A stretch of 64,000 nucleotides of DNA from the human T2T-CHM13v2.0 reference genome, Homo sapiens. The stretch is taken from NCBI RefSeq assembly GCF_009914755.1, contig NC_060935.1. One strand, 5' to 3'. Of the stretch, positions 1-13,830 are shown piece after piece. Under the pieces are notes generated by a model. It was not told the DNA's origin, did no database searches, and saw only the letters and a list, made by a program, of their open reading frames with translations. The translations under genes and the position numbers were made by a program. Each line of letters begins with the position of its first letter. Positions within the stretch are counted from its first letter, which is position 1.

Positions 1-954
1 AGGTTTACAGGATGTGGTTCATGCAAACATGTGACTTATTTTGGCTTTCATTTACCCTTTGAGTACCTTTGGTAATTGGCCTTGTTGACAGAAGCAGCCA
101 ACATTCTGTATTAGAAGTTCCAGTGGGTGCATCATATGTCGATTGCTTTCTCTGTCAATTCATTCTGGTTGCCCAGTAATGAAATCCAAAGGAAACTATC
201 ACAAATTGGTAGCTCACCAAATCTAAAGCAAGACAGACAGTTCATTTCTTCTGACTGGGGAATATTCCACATGAGTGTGTGTTGCCCTCTACAGCCCACT
301 GCATGTGCACATTTTCTGGCAGGAAGGGGAAAAATAATAAAGTGAAAAGGGTGTGAAATAATCCTTTAGTATATGAGGATGCTGTGTATAAATTCACAAT
401 CTGATACTTCATTAGGAACCAAAGTCAAAACCATTTTGCTTTTCTATGGTGTGTGCATGTGTATGTGTACTTTTCATGTTGTGTTTAGTATCTGCAGTAG
501 TTTATATATATGTAAAATATTAGATTTCTCTGAAATAAATAGCTATACCTCTGTGGTCTTCAGACAAAAAGAAAGGAGCCTGAAAAAAATATGTAACAAT
601 GTTAGGGAGGTTGGAGAAGAAAGAAATGCAGTCAATTAAACAATAGGTGCGAGAGTTTCAATGTTGACAGGACTTACACTCATTTTCTACAATTTCAGAT
701 AACCATTTGAGAACACTGAAAAGGAAAAGGGTTCAAAGACATGTCTAAAAGAAAGCAGTCTTATTTTTCAGGACCTCAGTGTCAAACTGGATTTCATTGT
801 GTGTTTGTATTTTCACTATATGTTTGTCTCCATTTGCCATTGTAAACAAAAGTTGGTATCAGTAATTCCCTGGTTGCTTGAAAAGTATTTATTCCAGATA
901 TTTTAATCAGTTCGTGTTTTTGTAGTGCATTTGGTATTTGTTGTTTTCAAAATG

Positions 955-1120
955 ATTTATTCAACCCTTATAAAATCCCTGTAAAGTTGGCTGGGCAGAT
1001 ATATTTTATTCTCTTTTTGGCAGTTGAAACTAAGACTCATGACTACAGAGTTTATTCATGACAAAATGGAATGAGATTTCATATCCCTGACCCAGTTCAA
1101 TTCTCCAGCTATTCATTTTC
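955..1120 (-). mobile_element. MIR/MIR3 fragment
   Basis: Degenerate reverse MIR core (aatccctgtaaag...gaaactaagactca); boundaries approximate. Confidence 0.45.
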
Positions 1121-1369
1121 CCAACTGATACATATAGTAGTTAAAGATGTTATATGAATTCACTTGGGCAAATGCCAAATTAGAAGCATAAACCTTTCTT
1201 CATCGAAATAGATACCAACAGTTTGTTCATTTCTATATATTCTCCCCTAAACAATAATCAATTCAAGACCATTCCAATAAGTCAGAGAGCTAATGTACAT
1301 TGAAGGGTGAAATGAAAGAAGTAACCCTTTTTGAGAAATTTATATATACCCAGAATTTAATACTGCATG

Positions 1370-1520
1370 ATCTTCACATGTTTTTTCATCCTCATGAAAT
1401 CCTTAGAAGCAAAAAATATGTCCTTTTACCTATAAAGAAACAGGCATTTCAAAGAGATTATTTGTCCTAATAGCTGGTTGTGGGAGATCTTTCATAAGAC
1501 CAGTTCCACTATACCACATA
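1370..1520 (-). mobile_element. MIR fragment
   Basis: catcctcatgaaatcctt...tttacctataaagaaacaggc resembles reverse MIR core. Confidence 0.5.
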
Positions 1521-2339
1521 ACCTCCAGTGTACTTATAATGTTGTTCATGCAAACTTCTTGCCTTTTAGAGATAATTAATCTATTCCTCAGTTAGAAGCC
1601 ACATGGTTCTAGTCTAGGCTTTTATTTTTGATGAAATTGAACTTGGGTATGAGTTATAATTTGTATGGCCTTCCCACTCTATGACATGACCAATATGCCT
1701 ACATATTCTGGGTGTTATTTTCTTTGCTATAATATGGATGATTTAAACAAAATAATTTACACTGTCCCGTATAGCTCTTAAGCCATATCATATGATTCTA
1801 TTATTGCTCCATGACCTCTACTCTGCACCACAAGATGAGTGGTTATGATAGCCTGTGGCCCCACAGCAACTGATATCATAATTATGCAGGATTAAAACAC
1901 CAATTTTAGATAAACCAAGTTAGTTAGTCAAAGCTTTATAGTAAAATTTACTAAATAGTCCACAAATTATATCCTAGAAAATAATCTTCTTTCATATGTT
2001 TCTCCAAGTTGTGCAAAATGCAAAGAACACATTTCAAAGCTGTCATTTATATAGTTTGTCTGAAAATTGAAAGCAAGACCGAATGAGATCATTTATGTGG
2101 TGACTAATGCTGACACACTAATTTCTATAAACAAACATTAACATAAGGACAAGGTGGTCTATGAAAATTGGACAATCAGTGACAAATTGTGGAATCACAG
2201 ATTATTAGAACAGAAAGACTCAACCAAATAGACTTTTGCTACTTCAATTTTTTTTCTGTTCCTTGTTGAAGGAAACCATATCTGACAGTCTGAGCTTCAA
2301 AATGGTTTTTTGTTTATACCACCAGAAACAAAATACTAA

Positions 2340-2530
2340 TCAATTAGCATCCTAAATCTCAGAGAGAAAAAGAACATTGGAGTTGACCAGGCTCATTCTC
2401 TACAAGCAGAAAATGAAGTTCAAGGAGGTGAAGTGATAGTCAACACTAAACAGACTTGACTCCTAGAAAGATGTGACACACTTCCACTGTCCAAAATTCA
2501 AGTCCAGTGCAATTTTTTCACTCCACTGAA
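2340..2530 (-). mobile_element. MIR fragment
   Basis: gcagaaaatgaagttcaaggaggtgaagtga...ttcaagtccagtgc. Confidence 0.5.
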
Positions 2531-2559
2531 TTCAGTTTCCTACATCAAGATAATAGATT

Positions 2560-2995
2560 ATTTCAATAATGACCCATAAGGTTTTCATGGCTCCCTCCTG
2601 CACTGTCTAGGCATGGCCATGTGCCTTGTCTCATGTTTGCTTAATGAGATCAAAGTAAGCATGACATACACAGAAACTTTAAAAGTGCTTGTTCGTAGTG
2701 GCAGTTTTACTCTTTCTGCTCTTGAATCTGCTGGCATCATGTTATTAAGTCCAAGCTAACCTGCTGGCTGATGGAAGAACTTTGGCCAAGGTGCCCTTGT
2801 CATACCATGTTTACAGCCAGTCACTCCCAGAATCCTAGCTGACCCACAGATGGACTAAGATGCAAGATTCTGGCTGAGACCAGCAGGAGGCAACTCAGCT
2901 GAGCCCCGTCCAATTGACCCACACAATAAAGAGCTAAATAAAGGTTTGTTATTTTAAGCCACTAGATTTTGTGGCGATCTCTAAAATAGTGCATA
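2560..2995 (+). mobile_element. MLT1 (MLT1F/G-like) MaLR LTR
   Basis: ggccatgtgcc, cagctgagccc and the 3' end ctaaataaaggtttgttattttaagccactagattttg are typical of MLT1. Confidence 0.7.
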
Positions 2996-3009
2996 ATATA
3001 TGCATATAA

Positions 3010-3400
3010 TCAGTGAATGGCACCACCCACCCAGTTGCCAAGCCAGATATCTTCAGTTTATCCTCACCTTCCATATTGAACTATGCTTCTCGTCCTGCAA
3101 TTCTCCCACATGGATAATTCCTTCTACCTCACAAGTGAAGCGCTCCTCTTGTGACTCCTCTGCCTGTATTCTAGACCATGATGCCATTATGTTATGCCCA
3201 CTTTTTCTTTTTTGCAAGAGCCTCCCATCTGGTAGCCCTGTCTTCATTGCTGCTGGCCTCCAATTCATCCTTCACTCCATAGCCAAGGGTATGTTCTATG
3301 ATTTATATCTGACAATAATATTCCCATGTTAAAAATGTAGAGCAGCCTCCCATTATCCTTAAATATAGTTCAGACTCCATATCATGATGTTGCAAATACT
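3010..3400 (+). mobile_element. L2 fragment
   Basis: ggcaccacccacccagttgccaagccag; caattcatccttcactccatagcc; cagcctcccattatcc. Confidence 0.6.
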
Positions 3401-3414
3401 CTCCCATTTGCCTT

Positions 3415-3880
3415 TAATAAAACAAATGTTATCATGTATATTTAAGGTATACAATATATGATATATATATAATAAAATGTTACTATAATGATATAAATTA
3501 ACATATCCATCATCTTAAATAGTTTCCTATTTCCCCACCACCCTCAAGGCAAGAGTAGCTATAAGCCACCCATTTAGCAAAAATTCTAAATACAACACAC
3601 TATTATTAACTAGAGTCCTCATTAGATCTTTCGACTTGTTCATCCTACTTATTTGTTCCTTTTATTTCCTTTGACCTACACTTCCTGCCCCAACCCCAAC
3701 CCTGGTAACTACTGTTGTATTCTCTCTACATATATTTGAACTTTTTTTTTTTTTAAAGATTCTACATACAAATGAGCTCATGCAATATTTTTCTTCCTGT
3801 GTCTGGGTTATGTCACTTAGCACCATGTCCTTTTGGTTCACTCATATTGTTACAAAGGGGAGAATATCCTCCTTAAGGCT
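3415..3880 (-). mobile_element. L1MA (MA8/9-like) 3' end
   Basis: tatatttaaggtatacaa...cattagatctttcgacttgttcatcct...tgtgtctgggttatgtcacttagc matches reverse L1MA 3'UTR. Confidence 0.75.
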
Positions 3881-3925
3881 GAAGGCATTCGGCCACCCAG
3901 CTAGAGATATTCCTCAAAATGGTCA

Positions 3926-4227
<302 letters not shown>

Positions 4228-4269
4228 GGAATGTACATTGTTGATACAGTCAACAAAATACAACTCCTC

Positions 4270-4387
4270 AAAAGTAAGGAAGTGGACAACACACAATTTC
4301 TTTTTGAGGAACTTACAAAAGAAGTTTTGAGAAACTTTTTGTAAGTTCCTCAAAAAGAAATTGTGTGTTGTCCACTTCCTCACTTTT
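4270..4387. repeat. Near-perfect inverted repeat (hairpin)
   Basis: 4277-4320 is the exact reverse complement of 4337-4380 (44 bp); the stem extends inward (aagttt/aaactt, loop tgag) and outward with 1 mismatch. Confidence 0.95.
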
Positions 4388-4640
4388 CCCACAGGTTGGA
4401 AGCAAGAATTGGTGCAGCTGGGCTAATTTGGACTGTGTGACCAAGTGAGCAATACTCTAGAAAATAGAGGAACCACAAGAGAGAAGGAACCTGGTTTCTA
4501 GATGATATGGTAGGCAAGAGCTCTCTATCCACAGTAGGCCACTTACCTTTCTCTGTATGGTTTCATAGGTAAATACTAAACTTCCATCTTGTTTGTGACA
4601 CTGTATATCGGATCTCTTTATAAAAGTATCTTGTCCAACA
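4350..4640 (+). mobile_element. LTR33/MLT1J-like LTR fragment
   Basis: gagaaggaacctggtttctagatga; aaacttccatcttgtttgtgacactgtatat end motif. Confidence 0.55.
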
Positions 4641-4699
4641 GCTGAATTAACATACATCCACAGATCACTGCGGGATGGCGCTGTAACTGAGCTAGTCCA

Positions 4700-5140
4700 A
4701 CTTTATTCAAATAGCCTCTATATTTTCTAAAGCTATAGTAAACTGCTATTTACTTCTTAGAACATCCACCAGACCTTTAAAGTGAATATTTCCTGTATTT
4801 CAATGCTTTTCTATTTTCTTCCTCCTTCTTCACCTGACTAAATGCTACTCAGTCTTAGAGGCCTAAGTTTAATTAATATTTCTTCTATAAAGACTTCTGT
4901 GCTGTCCTCCAGGTTTGAGCTTGTTTTCTTCCCTCCCATGTGTGACTATTATAGTCTGACTCATTCTGTCAAAGCACAAAGCATGTTATTTTGCATTAGT
5001 TTAATTGGTTGTCTCTTTAGCTAAATGATAAATTCTGTGACTGAAAAGTATCAATGTCATTCACCATTATATTTCCAAATAAGAGTGTGATGCCTGGTAT
5101 GTGTTGGGCAGTATACATATTAATTGAATAAATTAATGCA
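4700..5140 (+). mobile_element. L2 3' end
   Basis: tcattcaccattatatttcc...tgcctggtatgtgttgggc...ttgaataaattaatg terminus. Confidence 0.65.
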
Positions 5141-5144
5141 ACAA

Positions 5145-5300
5145 CATAGAAAAAAGACTAGAAGAAAATACATTTTAAAAACAAATAGTTGTTTCTGGGT
5201 AGTGGTACTATATGTGATTTTTATACTTGGTTGATTTCAGTATTTTCCAAAGTCTCTAGATTATGCATATGTTAGTTTTATAATTGCAAAACACAATACA
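5145..5300 (+). mobile_element. L1ME/L1MC 3' fragment
   Basis: aaaagactagaagaaaatac...gtttctgggtagtgg...ttttataattg. Confidence 0.5.
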
Positions 5301-7224
5301 ACAATTTTTTTTCTAAAATATGTATTGAAAATAAAATCTCACTTGCAACTTTGATTTATATACAACCAGGAATATAAACATTAACCAAATACGATATATT
5401 TCTGCCTACTATTTAAGACAACTATTGTATGCTAAGGCTAGTAGCAAGGAAATATGAAATACTGTAATTGGCCAATTTTGAAATTCTATCCCCAGTAAGA
5501 TGAAGAAAATCACTATGAGCTGCTCCCCCTTCTCCAAGACAAATTTATGTGTAATAAGAGATACATTGTGGATGATGGATGTGGGCTACACATATTCCCT
5601 TGGTGCTTGTTTGCAAAGGCATTTTTTTTGTCCTGTCTTTTACCTAGGTTTTCATAGAAGCTTGAAGGATTAGGGTTGTTTTGCAAATGAAATTTTACTT
5701 TCTGCAGAGACTGAGGGAATCTTATGATCTAGATTCAAAAGACATTTTCATAGGATCGGTTGGATTGTATGCTCTAAAATGCAAAGACTATCCTCATTTC
5801 TCTTAGCCTCCAAAACAAAGTCATAAATGTTCAGGCCATGTGGATTTGACAAAGCAAAGAGTCTACTGGAAATATTTGCTCCTCACACATGAGCCAAACT
5901 ACAGCTCAGACATGTTGATTTTTCTGTCAGAAGCTGGAAGACACTCTCTATTTTTCTCCCTTTTGCCCTTGAAATAGCCAGGTTGATTTGATTGATTTAG
6001 GTTGGTGTTCGTTCACTTACAAATTTCTCATTGCTAAAGTAATTCTTCAGGGAGGTGATGTTTCAATGCATGAGGATCAAAGGAAATCTCCCTGAAAGTC
6101 ATCAGTTTAATGAGGGCTGGTCATTCATCCTGATGAGATTTCCTCATCTTCTCCTGGAATGAGGACAAATGTCATAGATATATTATAGGCAAAGAAAGGC
6201 TGGGCTAAGGCAATGGCAGAAATTAATTTAATCTCCTGTTCTAGCTCCAACTACCTACATCATTCAAACCAAAAACAGAAACACAAAATTAATAGCTTGA
6301 CATACTTTTGTATTTAACCTTGAAATATGGTTAGGCAATTTAAACCAATTCAACATACAATCAGTATAAAGAACCCATTAGTGATTAAGACCAATTTATT
6401 AACTAAAGAAATGTAAATTCCATGTAATTGCATCACATATTCTATACTTATAACTCAGCTGAAGAGCACGAAAAGAATTGGCAAAGAGAATGAAAATTTT
6501 GGGGGAGGATTTATTAAAATCACAATTTAAAATATTAATTATCAACTTATTTCCAATCACCAAGTATGTGTTCAGATAGATTGCAGATAATTCATTATCA
6601 GTACAATGAAAGCTAAAGAGAAGAATTATATCAATCTATTTCTCAAGATCTCATTTCTTTGTATTAAAACCCTACAGTATTATACCACCAACATAGAAAG
6701 AAATGTTATCAATCGGATATGAGATTCCTACTGAAGCTCTTTGATGGATGTTCAGTTTTCAATTAATAAACTATTTCGATTCTAGAAGTCCGAAACTATA
6801 CTCTGAAATCCTTTGTTGAATTTCCCCTCACAATGTTTCAAATATAATTTAATTAACATATAACAAAACACAAGTATGTGTTTGGGATTTAAAATAAGGT
6901 ATTATACATTTAATTAAATTGCACTCGTAGCATTTAATTTCTCTGTATAAAAACCGTTTTTTGGAAAAGCCTATGTTTAAACACCTAACACATTTAGAAG
7001 CAGTTTATTTTTATCCTCGACCAACTTTATCTTTTTTTTAACCAAGTTGTAAAGTTATTTATATGCTACCTCACTTGAAACTCCAAGAGGTGGGGGACCT
7101 CTCTAGTGAAACTGGAAATATCATAATTATTAGAAAAGGATAGAGGTTAAGTCATTTTACTCAGGACTAAAGTTAATAAATGCAGAATAAGGTCTAGAAC
7201 ATGGGTTTGGAAACTACTGTTCAT

Positions 7225-8765
7225 GAATAGCCTGTTTTTATATGCCCCAAAATGGCTTTTGCATTTTAAAGTTGTTGAAAACACATTAAAAAGTAATATT
7301 TTGTGACACATGATAATATTTAATTATAAATGTCCATGAAAACTATAAAACACTACTAAAATTGAAGAAGACATAAAAAATTGGATATTTTGTGTTCATG
7401 GATTGAAAGAATATGTTAAAATTTCTACACTCCCAAAGCAATATACCAGATTTGATGCAATCCCCATAAAAATTCCAATGACATTTTTCACAGAAATAGA
7501 AAAAACAATCTAATATTCATATGGGACCACAAAAGACTCTGAATAGCCAAAGCAATCTTAAGCAAATAAAGTGAAGCTGAAAGCATCCCACTACCTGACT
7601 TTAAAATATACTGTAAAGCTACAGCAATCGAAACAGCTCTGGCATAAAAACAGACACACAGATTAATGAAACAGAATAGAGAGCCCAGAAATCCACACAT
7701 TTATGGTCAATTGATTTTTGACAAAGGTGCCAAGAATACATAATAAGGGAAGACATTTTCTTAAATAAATAGTTTTGAGAATATTGGATATCCACATGCA
7801 GAAAAATGAAGCTAGATCTTCAGTTCACATCATTTAAAAAATCAACTCAGAATGAATTAAGAACTTAAATGTAATACCTGAAACTGTAAAACTATCAGAA
7901 GAAAACATAGGAAAAAAAATTCCATGAAATTTTTCTGGGCAATTGATATATCCCCCAAGAGCAGAGGCAACAAAAGCCAAAATAGACAAATTAAATTACA
8001 GCAAACTAAAAGCTTTCCACAGCCAAGGAAACACTCAGCAGAGTGAAGAGACAACCTATAAAATGGAAGAAAACATTTGCAAACCATATATCTGATGAGA
8101 GGTTAATGTCCAAAGAATATAAAAAAACTAAAATGACTCAATAGCAAAAACAAACAAACAAAACCTGATTAAAAATGGACAAAGGACCTGAATAGATGTT
8201 TCTCACAAACGACCAATAGGTATGTATAAAAATGCTCAACATCATTAATCGTCAGGAAAGCACAAATCAAAACTACCATGAGATATCACCTCATATCTAT
8301 TGGAATGGCCAACATAAAAAAGATGAAAATAACACGGTTTAGAAATGATGTGGAGAAAGGGAATCCTTGAACACTGTTGATGGGAATGTAAATTAGTATA
8401 AGCATTATGGGAAATGATATGGAGGTTCCTCAAAGAATTGAAAATGGAAATAAGTCTTCTCATTACAAAAAATAGTGTGTGAAGTAATGCATACATTAGT
8501 TTGATTTAGCCATTTTACAGTGAATATATATTTCAAAACATCATTTTGTACACAATAAATATCTACAATTTTATTAGTCAATTAAAATAAATAAATCAAT
8601 TAGAAAAACAAACTTTAGTGTCTACAAATGAAGTTTTATTGGAACACAGCCACTTGCACTTGTTTACGTATAGCCTATGGTTGTATCACACTACAACGAC
8701 AGAGTTGAGTAGTTGTTATAGAGACATCTAGCTCTTTACAGAAAAAAAAAATTGCTGACCATTAG
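7225..8765 (+). mobile_element. MER58B (hAT-Charlie), split by L1MA insertion
   Basis: Left part aatggcttttgcattttaaa...atattttgtgacacatga (7225-7336); right part gttttattggaacacagccac...tttacagaaaaa (8615-8765). Confidence 0.75.
7337..8610 (+). mobile_element. L1MA4/5-like, 5'-truncated, with internal deletion near 8450
   Basis: Decayed ORF2 3' part, then a jump to the 3'UTR end gtaatgcatacattagtttgatttagccattt...aataaa. Confidence 0.85.
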
Positions 8766-8769
8766 TCTA

Positions 8770-9082
8770 GAAACATGTTGTATAATAGAAATGTAAGGTA
8801 CATATGTATTTCAAAAATTTTAGTAGCTGCATTTAAATATCATAAAAGAAACAGGAAAACCATTATAATATATCTTACTTAACTCAAAATACCCCAAACA
8901 TTATTATGTCAACATGCAATCAATATAAAAATTATACATAAAATATTTTACTTTCTTTTTTTGCACTAAATCATCAAAGTTTAATATGTAATTTACTTTC
9001 ACAGCTCCTGTCAATTTAGACTAGCCATATTTCAACTGCTCAAAGACCACCTGTAGCTAGCAGCTACCGTAATGAACACTGT
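8770..9082. mobile_element. MER33 (hAT-Charlie)
   Basis: aaaagaaacagg...caacatgcaatcaatataaaa...tttagactagccatatttcaa...gctaccgtaatgaaca. Confidence 0.75.
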
Positions 9083-10419
9083 GTGTAGATGATAGGTCTT
9101 TTCATGTTGTCAACTCTCCAGTCACTATATAGCACCTTTATATCTTATTGAGTTCATGTTTTCCGTTCTTTTTATTTCCCTGCTTCTCTGCTGCATGGAG
9201 GCCTGGGCCAGGGGTGGTTTGCTGGGTTGGGTGTCTCCATGATCTAAGTGTAGGAACAAGGCACTTTTTTTATATCATTGCTCATCACCATACTGGTGGC
9301 AAAATCCTGAAAGTTAATTGTCTGTTTCTAGCCAGGTAAAAGTCCTAAATTTTGAACGGAATCCAGTAACGTAGGTGTTGCCTTTCCACTTCGGAGCAGA
9401 AAGAAATGTCATGTTTTTTTGCTATAGAGATAATTTTACTGTTAATGTAGTTTAAGTCCAATTAGCTTTCTTGGCAGTCACATCTAACCATTGATTCTTA
9501 TTATACCCATGAGAAAATATCACCTCTGTGTCTTTTTTTAAAGTGTTGCAGTTAAAGCCATATCACCACATCTTACTTAAGTAGGTTTTCTCCCTTGCTT
9601 TCTTGTTTATGTGTTGTGATTCAGAAGCTATCCTCAGAAAGAACATTGGTGATTGACAAACAGGACTGTAATCTCCTGATATCATAAAAGTAAGTCAGTA
9701 TTCCCATTTTGTGGGGTGGTGGGAAGGAACTGATTGATAATATTGACTAAAAATTATATTATTTGAATATACACTTTTTGAATTTTATCGTTGTTAGACA
9801 TCTGGAGCATTAAAAGATAACAAAATGTGTGGCAAAATTGTTACTGGAAAAACGCAAAGTCACATATGCTTACTTAGTTCACTTTTTGTTGACTTGTAGT
9901 CACAGAGTTGAGATTTTAGAGTATTTTTAATTTGCACAGTAATGTTTCAATGTAGTAAAACTGTTCCCAGATTTTCAGATTGAAAATACATCAAAAGTGA
10001 ATGTTATTTGAAAAACTCCATTTGGTGTTTTAGATAATAATACCACATTTGCCTGAGGTCCATTATCTAATCACATTGAAGATCCACTGCTCCGGAATGT
10101 ATTTATTTCTTCTTTTTGAACACTAACTTATTCTTTCTTTCCTAACTGTTTCTACATCAGATCCAGAGTGCTGAATGGATAGTGTGGAGTATAAATTCTG
10201 AATACAAAATGTGTATAAATTATTTGCTATCTTTCTGCTTCTCAAGCCATAAGATAAAGCAAATGCTTAGTGATGCAGGTTTTAAGAGGAAACAATGTAA
10301 GATTACTGTAATTATAGTTATAAAACAATCACCTATATATTACCTTGTAATAAATATTAGTTACTCTCATGATTATTTCTCCAGCCTATCAGGAAATTCA
10401 GTAAAAATAAAAACTGATA

Positions 10420-10595
10420 GTGATAATATAACCATGGTAGCTAGTATTGTTATGTGTTTACTGTGTGATAAGCCTTTTGTATATAACATCTAATTCAATC
10501 CTCTCAATAACCCTATGAGATTAGTTCTAATACTGTTCTCATTTTGTAGGTGAGAAAACAGACTTATTGAGGTTTAGTAAATTTCTTAATGTTAA
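10420..10595 (-). mobile_element. MIR
   Basis: aatcctctcaataaccctatgag...cattttgtaggtgagaaaacagac. Confidence 0.8.
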
Positions 10596-10959
10596 AAATA
10601 TATGAAAATACTGATTTTTTCAAATAACATACAGCTTTTTTTGGGGGGTTATCTGTTAAAAGACTAATAGTAAAAACTCTTATTTTGCTATGATGGCATG
10701 TCTATATTTAAGCCATATTTTTAGATTTCTTTCTAGGCCTCACAAAAGAAACTTTTACATATGCTACATATTTTTAAAAATAAGTCATAATTTTGTCTTA
10801 AAAAACTGCAAAATACAAATAACAACAATGGTACATAATAAGCTTTATTGTAAACAATTCCTTTTCTCTAAGGAATAGAAATTACAAAAGGATGACACAT
10901 TCAGACTCCTGTAATTCATAAATAATAAATAACTGGTGTTATTGACCACACAGTTACTG

Positions 10960-11290
10960 TCTCCCTTAGTGAGTTTGCTTCTTTCCTGGTTTTCCATTTT
11001 TTGGTGAATGAGACTGCCTTCCAGTTACATGGGCTCAAAATTTTGTAATCTTTTGTTTTTAAATCTTCTTTCCTTCTTACATGTAATGATTTAGCAATTT
11101 TTAAAAATTCTGGATGAACAACAAATGCATCTCCTCTTTTTCATTTTTCACCTCCACCATCATAATGCAAGCACTAATTCTTTTTTTCTTTTGCCATTAC
11201 TTTCAAACTGAAGTGCTTGACTTGGCCACCTCCCATGTCATTCACCTTAAATATTTCTGCCAAATTATTTTTTTCTGAAGCACAGTTCTG
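10960..11290 (+). mobile_element. L2 fragment
   Basis: ccttccagttacatgggctcaaaa...cacctccaccatc...ttttctgaagcacagttctg. Confidence 0.45.
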
Positions 11291-11295
11291 CGATT

Positions 11296-11530
11296 GTAGT
11301 TAAGAGCATTTGTCCCGGAGTTAGGCTATGAAGGCTCAAATTCTGCCTCCACCCCTGACTTATTTTGTGATTCTGGGGCAGTCCCTGCAACACTAGGACT
11401 GTTTTCTTACTCTAACATGGGAATAATAGCAATGTTTAAGGCATTGGGTTGTTGTGAAGACTAGACTATATAAAATAAGAATACCAATTAAAATAGTGTC
11501 CAGAACAAAAATTATTAGCTATCATTGTTA
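11296..11530 (+). mobile_element. MIR
   Basis: tgtagttaagagc...ggctcaaattctgcctccacc...gggttgttgtgaagact. Confidence 0.75.
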
Positions 11531-13830
11531 TATTCAGAGAAAAGAACTTCAGTTTCTAAACATGGTATTCAAGGATCTTGATATCTAGTGCCAATCCATT
11601 TTTGCATGTACATTTTCTTTTGATTCCAACTCAATTCAGAGGCCTATTTATTTAGGTGAATTTATCTAGACAATGAAGACTATTAAAAGAAAAAGACATA
11701 GTAATTGCCTTGGAGGAACTTGAAATCTACTACGACTAACAGAATCATAAATAATAATCAGGTAATGGTTCATCAAGTGCTAAGCTGGGTGCATAGCAGA
11801 AGGTGATTGGTTTTTTTCATGGAAAGGCCTAGCAGGAAGAAGAGGAAGCTCCATCAAGATGACAATCTTTGGACTGCATCAGACAAGGCAATCAAAGGAA
11901 AGAGGAGAGGATACAATGCATTCACACACCTTACACTCGGCCAAATGGGATTGTTTTATATGGCTGCCCTAAGTCTTCCCTGCCTGAAGTATTCTTCTAC
12001 CCTCTCTGCTTAACATTCTCATTTTCCCACATCTCAACATTTGTAAATCTTTTACATCTCTCACGGCCTCATTCAAAGGTTGTCCCCTCAAGGGAGTCAT
12101 GATTTCACTATCCAAACCCTCTTTTCACTTCTCATTCTCATGGCATGTTAGCTAAACGTCCCTGTGGTGCTTCATATATTCTACCTTCATAACTAATTAT
12201 GTGTGGAATATCAGCTCCTTCAAATTAGCAGTTACGTAAAATCTACTTCTGTGTGAATTGTAACACTTGGACATTCTCTAATAAATATGCAGAAGATATT
12301 TATGTAATGAAGTGAATGTTGTTTCAAAGCCAGAAAAGCCCAGAATGGAAAAGTAACTTGCTTAAATCACTGACCCTACTTGAAACTTTCCCAGGATCAG
12401 AAATTATGTTCGTCTTCTTTATCATGAAACTCTTGATATATATGCCAAAACTACGTTTGAATCAATAGTAAATCATATCAGTGGCAGAACTACTGACCAA
12501 AATTCAGTCTTCTCAATCCCAAGGTCTTGATTCTCTCCTTTAAATGGTGAATTTTAATGTTATTTAAAGTCTAAGAATTATGCACAATTTTCATCATTTT
12601 GTGTCAATCTATTGTATAAATACTAGATCTAAACACATTTTTTTGACTCTACACAGATGATTCTGCAACAATATTTACATATAAAATGTGCCTATTCTTT
12701 TATGGCTAAAAGATGATGAAATCATATTTGTCTTTAAATGTTTCATTTTACATTTAAAGTTCATAGAAATTCTAGACTTACATGACTGGATGGCTTCCTT
12801 TAAAATCGTGTTGTAAAAGAAAGAAAGCACAGGCACTAGGAACGAGAGGATTGGTATTTAAATGAATAACTTCTGCAAGGAAGGTCAGAATGTGAGATTA
12901 CAGATTTTGCTGAACATTATTTTTGGCTAAAAAAAAAATCTCAGTGGTTCTGTTTATTTGAATAGTATTTCCAAATCCACTTTCATTAGCAAGAGTGCTG
13001 CAGGACCCATCAGTTCAGGGAGGGAATCCATTTCCAGTAGCTTACAGAGATAATGATAAGCCATCTTAAAGTTTAGGCTTATTAGAAAGGACTGAAATGC
13101 ATTATAGGGCAGCAGTAACTGTAATGGTTGGTTTGCCAACCAGTGTTGTGGAATTAAAAATGCATTAAAATTTATACAAAAGAAAGTAAATAGCAGTGAA
13201 TCTCTATTGGCTTTGACACAGTTAAATGAACTGTTCTTTTTCTTTGTGTGGCTAATTTAAAAAAAAACCTATAAAAATAGAAGAAACATTCCCTTTTGGA
13301 ACTTGATTCATGTGAAACTCTATTATTAATAAAATGAAAAGCTTCTTTCTTTAAGCATCTAATTCATGTATTCCTTAACATGCACAGACACAACCAGAAG
13401 AGGAGAAGAAGGGATCTTCTCTCCGAAGGGATGGAACTCCTATTGATTCTTTTTATAACTAAGGTTTGATCAAGCAGAGCAGACAGAATTAGAAGGAGAA
13501 ACAAAACCCCACGAGGAGCGGAATAAACAGCTATGGAAACTACTTACAAATTCTAATTATATACATAAATATTAACTCCCATCATGAATTTCAAGACACT
13601 TTTTGAAACTCTGTTTATGAAGATTTTAAACTCCTAGTCTGCCCAGCCATGTATTCCATCTGTTGCTTCATATACTCAAAGACATTTACTGAGGAGAGGT
13701 GAATGAGAAGTATAAAATCACTGACCTCGTGCCGTTTGTGGCTTAATTATGGAGGCATATGTTAAACACCTTTATGCATATATAATTACAATATAAGAAC
13801 TTTAGTGGAAAAGTTCAGAGCGCCATAACA

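Noticed and set aside
6046-6096. 9-bp inverted repeat ttcagggag/ctccctgaa around a TCF/LEF-like atcaaag
   Set aside because: Too short to stand out from chance.
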